From positions 7,936,001 to 8,000,000 of the forward strand of contig CM119377.1 of the NCBI GenBank assembly GCA_051294905.1: DNA of 64,000 nt. The letters run 5' to 3'. A program made the position numbers and the translations under genes. The stretch comes from Botryllus schlosseri (lineage: Eukaryota). Shown in pieces: positions 56,148 through 64,000 of the stretch; position 1 is the stretch's first letter, and each line of letters begins with the position of its first letter. Under the pieces are notes generated by a model. The model was not told the DNA's origin, searched no databases, and worked only from the letters and a program-made list of their open reading frames with translations.

Positions 56148-59100
56148 GAGGCCAATAAATACCCTGTGTCGCAGTCGCAATATTGAGCAAATAAGCAGGA
56201 TTCATTAAAGCATAATAGCCAATTGCACGGTGGCAATGCTTGCAATTCAGGACCTAGAATGTAATTATTGATCGGCGATATTGCAATGCAAAGGAACAAG
56301 CTATCAATGAAATTGATCTCATCTTAATCCTACATTCGTCCTAAGAAACTGGGCATGTCTAGGCTAATTGCTTGCTTGAATGCTTTCTTATTCGAATTTC
56401 AAAGAATAGGTTTCAAGCTAGATGAGCTATTTCGACCTTAGATAAGCCGTGTTTCCACAAATATCAGTCGACGTGCGTCACGACTCTTGTTACGGGTTTT
56501 GGGATCAAGAATCTGCAATTCTATGCTTACAACAGAAAGGGCGTGTTTCTGCCATCATAAGCGGTTGAAGGGACCGAGGCAATAGTCAACTGTTAACTTC
56601 AACAAATCCCACTTCAGATATACATATAATTACATAATATATATATATAATTTGCCCCTGAACAGGAGCCATACCATATTATGTACGTAATATACATGCC
56701 ATCAATAAATCCAGTGCTAAAACTCAACCTATCAACAGATGTATATAATTGAGATGATGGCAGATACGCAATATGAAGAAAGACAAGCCTATAAGAAAGC
56801 ATATTCCACAATCCACATTATAGTCTTGTCATAAATTTATCCAAGTGGATAGTTAGCGTATCTTTTCGAAATAGTACATTAAACGCTCTTGTATTCGACA
56901 TTTCATGCTGGTGACGTCATATTTTGCGCTACGATTGTTGATATACGATGTTCTTTTGAATTCTCTACTACCGTAGTTGCTAACGATTACCCCTGACGAG
57001 ACGAGTTTGAGCCGAAAATATTCCGGTTGATTTCAATCTGAATATACTATTCAATTCAAGTAGATACCGAAGGCCCAGTTTGAAATCCCGGTAGCCTGCA
57101 TTCAAGGCAATAAATTTTGTGTGCCAAGAGGGTTCTCAATGTCACACCATGTGATGTGGTGTGATGTGTGACATAAAAGGATATATGATACTCGTCATAG
57201 ATCTGGTGGAAAAGACCATTAGCAGTCGAGCACCAATATTACACTTATACAACAACAACAACAACCATGTGACGTGTGTGCACTGTTCAGTGACTGTGAG
57301 TAGAATCTTTGGTGTGAGACCATATGGGCCGTAGGGCCTAGCATCAAGCATGTATACTTTGTATGGTATATAGGCTAGTGAAGGAGTATATACTTTGAGA
57401 TTGTGGCCCAGAAGGTTTGCCTGGACGAACGGGTCTTGAGTCCCTTAATCGGTGACCAACGTCGATTAAGGATCACAGTCACATCACATTTGATACGGAC
57501 CTAATATATGGTGATATCTGATAACAACAACGTTTTAACCAATGTGGCATACCGGTAATGCTAATGTCAAACACAAAACTATTTTTCTACAACATAAATA
57601 TATACCTCATACGTTTCTAACAGTCGGAGTTGTGTCACCAACTATAGACAACTAACAGTCCCGAGCTTCTTCCGTTTCCCGCTCCCCTCGCCTCGCCACT
57701 CGACAACGCATCTGAATGTTGTTTCATTCTGGTTCTCTTCCGAGATGAATAATGCTTTGGATTTAGACTTGGATTGGAAAAATGGATTCGAGATGAATTT
57801 GGCCTTGTTTTGAACGATTTTTTTCGGTTTGGTTTGGTTTATTACCAATTTTTACCAGTTTAATACACCAAAAAATTGCGATTCAATGAAAAAAGGAAGG
57901 TGTTGAAACGACTTGAAGTAGTCTTTGGAATCAGACACCCACCTTGGTCCCGGTTCGATTCCCGTCGGAGGTTTATCTGGGCTCCTCTTCCAGTGTTGCC
58001 AACTCCGGATGGAAGAAAATCGCTAAAACTAGTGTATCACCTAAAAATAGTACATTGAACGCTCTCTCATTCGAAATTTCATGCTGGTGACGTCATATTT
58101 TGTGATACGATTGTTGATATACAATGTTCTTTCCAATTCTCTACTAGTTGCTGACGATTACCCCTGACGAGTGTCAGCCGAAAATATTCGGGTTCATTTC
58201 AATATGAATATACTATTTAATTGAATATTGAAGTTCTGTACCTCCAAGAAGCTCCTAAAACTAGTGTTAAATATCCTAGATATCGCTAAATATTTTTTTT
58301 AAAAAGCGCTAAAAAAAGCCCTAAATCTGCATTAATCGCTAAAGGTGGGAAATTGAATCAGAATATCAATACATTCTACTCAGCAATATTTACCTCGTCT
58401 TGGGCCAAAGTCACTTTATCCAGTTCATAAAATATAAGAGTCATCTCCAAGCGGCACAAAAGGTGCAGTGCTTTGCGATAAAGCAGATCGCTTTGCGCAA
58501 TGATCGCTCTGCGTGACCTGACCAGGTTTGCAGTGTTTATATAGCTCAGTGGTTTGCAGGCATAACCGCTCACTATATAGATGTGACACGAACTGCCGTT
58601 CTAAGGGGATTTGAGGTAAAACGCCTCCTAGATAAACAAGTGTCTTGCTCCATGTGTCCCCGAATACGTGATGCGATGTACCGTGGAAAGGCGCTTGACT
58701 CCTCTAAACTTTGTTGGAGTACCTGAACTCCACATGTGACTTGACCCGACACAACACAATTTGAACCGGGTTTGCCAGCCCCTATAAGAATCGACCATGA
58801 GAAAATAATCCGAAGACCAACCCGGGGTATGAATTATCAACGAAAAACTTAAAATACTCCGCTTCTACTAGTTGTAACTGAGTCAAATTTGTTTTGCATC
58901 GTCTTTGAAGACAACTCAGCTATTTTATGGGGTTATTTTTTTTTAATTTTCCCTAATAAATTAAAAATTTTAATCGGTTCTGCCGAGTTTTATACTTGTT
59001 AGAATTGAACCAAATTTGGTGTGTAGCGTTTTTTTAGCGTAACCTGACAATTTAATCAATGAATGGCTGGAATCCGGAAAATGAAGTTAGTTTTGAACAG

Positions 59101-59173
59101 CCCTACTGTGTGTATGCGTCCTCCATGTTTGAAAAAATCAGTCGAATCATTGCACGTAGCACTGAGTAATGAG

Positions 59174-60625
59174 CAGGACCGTAACTGCCGCATCCCAAAC
59201 CCCCCAATTGGGGGGCAAAGCTCGAAGGGGCCCAAAATTTTTTCGTGAATTAGCATAAATTACAGAGTATTTTTGAAATTTTAGGCAACTTTTTCAAATT
59301 TTGTTTCGCGCTGGATGCGATTTCAAGCCGCAAAATGTTTTGATTATTTGGTACTCTTACCCCAAGAAAAACACGCAAGATTTATAGAAATGGACATATC
59401 GACGTCAGCCATTACCGCACCGCACGACGCCCCAAGACATATAACGATGTAGGACATATTACATGCGACTCCAGAAGTGTGCCAGAACGATCGGCAGCGC
59501 GAAAACCTTGGCCAAAAAGGACTGTCCTTACAATGACCGAAAACTTTGTTACATGTAGATTTAATTGCCCATAGGCGCCTAAATGACTGGTGCCGAATGT
59601 TCCTGTCTGTCTGTCTGGCAATCTGAACCTCAGAAGACGATATACCATCCCGCAGGGAAAAATTATATGCCAGTGAAGAAATACCAATATGAAATCGTGT
59701 GCGTGCTTTAGTTTATAGTACGTTTGAGCGATACTGTATTTTTAGATAGGCCTATAGCAGACAGGAGGTCACGAAATAATATCATGTAATGAAATCATAC
59801 CAACGGGTCCGCCAGCCCGAACATGTATATTACGGGCCCTACAGTTGCAAATACCATTCACTCAGCTCTACCGGTAAATCTCATAACGTGAGCAGAGAGA
59901 GGACAAGAAATTGCTAGCAATATATATGCAATTCCCGATGTTATTGACCGATTTTATCATGAATTAGCCTATCGAAAATTTTTGCGCTTGGCGCTGGCTC
60001 ACTATAATCAGTACAGCTAAATTCGTGGCAAAAGCGAACAACGTTATGGGAGGAGGCCGTTTTATCACCATATGGGAGCCCAAGACCCATGTTTTTTTTT
60101 TGGGTCCTGATGAAATGCTGTTTCGTTCCTGCCAAAGGGTATAATACGCCCGAAGATATTTAATTATTATTGAAGGGCCCTACCTTTTCATCATCATCAT
60201 CATCATAAATGCTTTATTAGCAATTTATATCGGTTCAATACACCAACAAAATGTGATGAAAAGATAGAAAGGTGTCGAAGCGTCTTGGAGTAGTCTATGG
60301 AATCAAGACACACACCTCACCAAGCTCTACCGGTAAATCTGATTACGTGAGCATTGAGAGGATAAAAATGATAGCAATATATGCAATTCCCGATCATATT
60401 GACCGATTCAATCATGAATTGTTGAAAATGTTCGTGCGTCTAGGCCAGATAGCTGGCTCACCCAACGGCCCCCCAATAAATAGATGACAAGTAGCGGCAA
60501 AGAGTGGATAGCCAAAGGGGGTTGTGGAGGGCGAAGCCCCCCAGAGGTTCGGCTGTCACTCTAGGTTGGGCCCAAGACCAGCGTTTTTTTGGGGGGGATG
60601 CTGACGCAGTGCTGTTACGGCCCTG
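59174..60625. mobile_element. hAT MITE, GGGCCGTAAC family
   Basis: Ends CAGGACCGTAAC and GTTACGGCCCTG; TSD GTAATGAG/GTGATGAG; contains a (CAT)n-tailed repeat at ~60185-60330. Confidence 0.87.
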
Positions 60626-60943
60626 GTGATGAGCACTTATCTATTGAGTGAAGCTACTCCTGCTTCGGCTGAAATTTCACCTTAGTACTATCGTGTGACC
60701 GTATCTCAAGTGTGCGGTAAAGATCCAGATCAATGTGCAGTTGTTACAAAATTAGTGTTCAATTTTTTTCTTGTTACGTCAAAAGGGTACAACTGTACTT
60801 GTATATACGTAGGGCATATTTCGCAAGGCATCAGTGCATACTGTAGAGAACACTCATGCAAGTTTAGATGATTATTTAGAACAGCGAATAATGGAATGTG
60901 GTTAAATCTAAGCCCCAAAGTTACATAAGTAGTAGCCTACGCA

Positions 60944-61967
60944 CAGAGGTGGTGAAAGTAGTCAAGAAAGCTACTGAAGTAGAAGTAGATGTAGCGACGC
61001 AAAAATCCACTCAAGTGCGAGTAGAAGTTGTGAAAAATATCGTAATTCGTTCGCATAGTGTCAAAAGCTCTGAATTGAGCTATCTGCAAAAGGTGCAGAG
61101 CTTTCATGATTCATATATTGATGCCTCCCTGGAGGTATAAATTTTCGACAGAATACGCATTCGTCCGCATCCTGGGATGAAAATGATAGCATTGATATTG
61201 GAATGCGACACTGATCCTTTGTTTATTCGAATACCCCGATTTAGAAAATTTCATGGTATGGTAGGCTTACCATACGTCCTCTTTTAAGAGGATTTGTCCT
61301 CTTTTTTGACTTTTTTGAAAGTGTCCTCGGAGGACGCCCTTTTGTCCTCTTTTTTGAGATTTTGTCCTCTTTTTTGAAAATTGAGGTCAGATTTAGAGGA
61401 AATTGCGAGTGATATGCCGCAAATTAGTGCAGAAGTGAAGCTCCGGCGGGTATTTCGGAGGGAAAAGTGGTGATTTCAGCTCTGAGCGAAAAGAAGACCT
61501 TTTTTTTTTTTTTTTTTTTAGTCATCCACCTAGCAATGTGGAGTGAAAAACGTGTTTTTGAGCTCTGAGCGGAAGTGATGACCTTTTTTTCTTTTTTTTT
61601 TTCCTTTTTAGTCAACCGATCATGAAGCGGGTGAAATTTACCTGTTTTTGCGAATTCTTCTCCAGTTTTGCTTGTCTGAAATTTCTGAAAAAGTGTCCTC
61701 TTTTTTCATTTCCGAAATATGGTAAGCCTATGGTATGGCGCCCTCCCCCGTATTATAAGGCCCGTAGTTTGGGTGATCAGCAGCACGGAGAAGTGGTGTC
61801 GGATACGGCGTTAACACATTGCGCGATTAGTAAACGTTAATAAAATATGGCTGATCGTACAAATGCCATATAGTTTAGCTTTATATTTTCGGAAAATAGA
61901 GACATTTACTACACTTGCTTTTATGCTTCAATATGTAGGCTATAGGCTGTTGTTCTCCAGACAAAAG

Positions 61968-62009
<42 letters not shown>

Positions 62010-62562
62010 TGGTTTATTAGCAATTTTATCAGTTCAATACACCACAAAAAATGCGATACAATGAAAAGAAAGGAAGATGTCAAAGCGACTAGGAGTTGTC
62101 TATGGAATCGGACACCCACCTTGGCCTATAGGCGATGTAAAGAACTGAAACTATTTAGAACTCAAAATATGATACTGAGAATTGAAAGAGAAATATATAT
62201 ACTACTTCTAAAAGGCGGAAAATATATTTCATGTCTTTTATCCAGAAAGTTTCAACAGTGGTCTGCTAAGGTGTAAAGCTAAAAAAAAAGCAAAATCCAC
62301 TTTTCCAGATTATACGACACGCCATGGGATGCCAGATTACGATATGATAGGTTAACGCTAGATTGCGAAATGCTAGTATCAAACGGTATAATGGACCGTA
62401 TTTACTGTGATGAGATATTTGATATGGGCGACAATGCGGTGTGAACGGAACCACTCAACCCCACTACCCAAATCATATCAATCTACTGTGCGTGAAGCGT
62501 GACGAAAATACTGGGCTTTTCTCGACTTTTATGAAAATTAAATGTTGATACTCCGTGAAAAC
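60944..62562. mobile_element. AGTAGA-repeat element copy carrying nested insertions
   Basis: Left end CAGAGGTGGTGAAAGTAGTCAAG; collinear with 13420-14420; interrupted by 61262-61730 and the (CAT)n repeat at ~61970-62140. Confidence 0.75.
61262..61730. mobile_element. hAT MITE, AGAGGAC family
   Basis: TIR TAGGCTTACCATA; perfect TSD TGGTATGG; inverted relative to 2264-2708. Confidence 0.92.
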
Positions 62563-63814
62563 CAGGGCTTTGGAGCCGGAGCCGGAGCTCGGAGCCGGAG
62601 CCATGGAGCCGTGCATTTTCACCGGAGCTGGAGCCGGAGCCGGAGCTCTACATAAAATTCAGCCGGAGCCGGAGCTGGAGCCAGTTATTTGAGAAGTAGC
62701 TCCGGCTCCGACGTATTCCATAAGATGCTATATTATATATGCAACAACCACGTCTGCTGATTTATCATTGTTGAACAGCAGGCCTGAATTTTAATGCTGT
62801 GCACAGCAATGGCAAAGAGTAAAGTGCATTCTAGTGCAACTATGATGTTATCGAGAATTGACAAGTATTCATTATGACGTCACAAGCCGGCACGGCGGCA
62901 CCCATGTCTTCGTTGCTATATCGGATGTTACTGACGGCTGACAGACTCTAGATTACAACAGATAACTAACCTATGGGTAGATTAGTAATCTATATAGACC
63001 AGGGGTGGCCAACCTTTCCGGCTAAAGGGGCACATGCAATTGACGAACGAGTGCGCGGTCCACTAGCTGCGCCAAGCGAGTAGAATTTTCAAAGTTTATA
63101 AATAAACTAGGTCAATGAGTATATTGCGGGTCTACTGTATACCGCCCGGTATATAGGCTCAGTTTGCAAGGACACGACTATTCGGCGTCTGGCCACATCG
63201 ATATCGAAAGTCTCCAAAAATATGCGACAATCATTTTGTGCCTACATTTCACCATCGACGATCTTTATGCGAGCGCAAACGCGAAAAGACTTTCTCCCGT
63301 AATTTTGAATACGGTTAGACTCAGTCGGGTAAATTAGGCGTTTTTTATTTTCAGTAGGGGGTAGGCTACCAAGCAAGAAATCGTGTGAAAATTAAACACG
63401 CGAAGCGTGATTCACTACTATTTTAGTTTATTGTAATGTACGACGATTTACTGAAAATGTGACTGGACCCTGGATCTGCCAATGCGTCGGAACTGATATT
63501 GTAGTCATCAACATCCCAAGTGTCGCAGCCAGACTTGTAATTTTTGGTTGGCATTGCAAGTTCACAATCTGAGCAATTCATTTTCGATAATATAATGGGA
63601 AATTACCTCGCGGGCCACGCAAAACCCTCTCGAGGGTCACATTTGGCCCGCGGGTTGGCCACCCCTGATATAGACGGGTCCATTCGATAATATCGGAGCC
63701 GGAGCTGGAGCCGGAGCACTGGTAATAATGCGGCGCCGGAGCTAATGTATGACAGAAGAAAGCTCCGGAGCCGGAGCTGGAGCAGTTTAAATTTACGGCT
63801 GCTCCAAAGCCCTG
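62563..63814. mobile_element. hAT MITE, GGAGCC family
   Basis: TIR CAGGGCTTTGGAGC; perfect TSD GTGAAAAC. Confidence 0.92.
63000..63667. mobile_element. Buster-type MITE nested in the GGAGCC element
   Basis: TIR CAGGGGTGGCCAACC; perfect TSD ATATAGAC. Confidence 0.9.
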
Positions 63815-64000
63815 GTGAAAACAGCCCCGAAATTTCTCAGGCTCTATTTCTGATTAGAGGATTAAACCATAGTGTCCTACATGGTGTCGACACCAGCAAA
63901 TCTCATGCCTCAGTGAAATTGTAACACGTCACTACTTCCATTTGGCTACAGGCAATTTGACGGTCATTTTTGACCTGCTTGACGAGCATTAAATTTGGTA

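Noticed and set aside
61863-62276. 137-aa ORF with a poly-His run
   Set aside because: The His run is a (CAT)n microsatellite tail of a dispersed repeat nested in a MITE; there is no coding evidence.

Overview
Eukaryotic DNA, most likely an invertebrate animal (species not identifiable from sequence alone). It has AT-rich spacers, GT-AG introns and no prokaryotic operon or CRISPR features. Genes: a divergent class I PITP (-), omega-amidase NIT2 (+), a 10-coding-exon LRRC63-like gene (+), an uncharacterised membrane protein with a CxxC..DH..CxxC (HNH-like) domain (-), three tandem GTF3C1 (TFIIIC220) copies (-) and an iRhom pseudoprotease (-). The GTF3C1 copies are one full-length 1818-aa gene, one frameshifted half-length copy and one open 1028-aa half-length paralog. 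All of these CDSs except LRRC63 lack coding introns, including genes that are intron-rich in most animals. The flanks (about 0.4-21.7 kb and 57-64 kb) are packed with nested non-autonomous hAT elements, 16 of them with readable 8-bp target-site duplications (TSDs). They also hold a Bel/Pao LTR remnant and short (ATG)n-tailed repeats. Best candidates for something new: (1) the diverged but still open, C-terminally truncated GTF3C1 paralog, predicted to keep the B-box-binding tauB half and lose the tauA half; (2) the adjacent membrane-anchored HNH-like protein. No database searches or alignments were run. Identities rest on motif recognition, and percentages are visual estimates.
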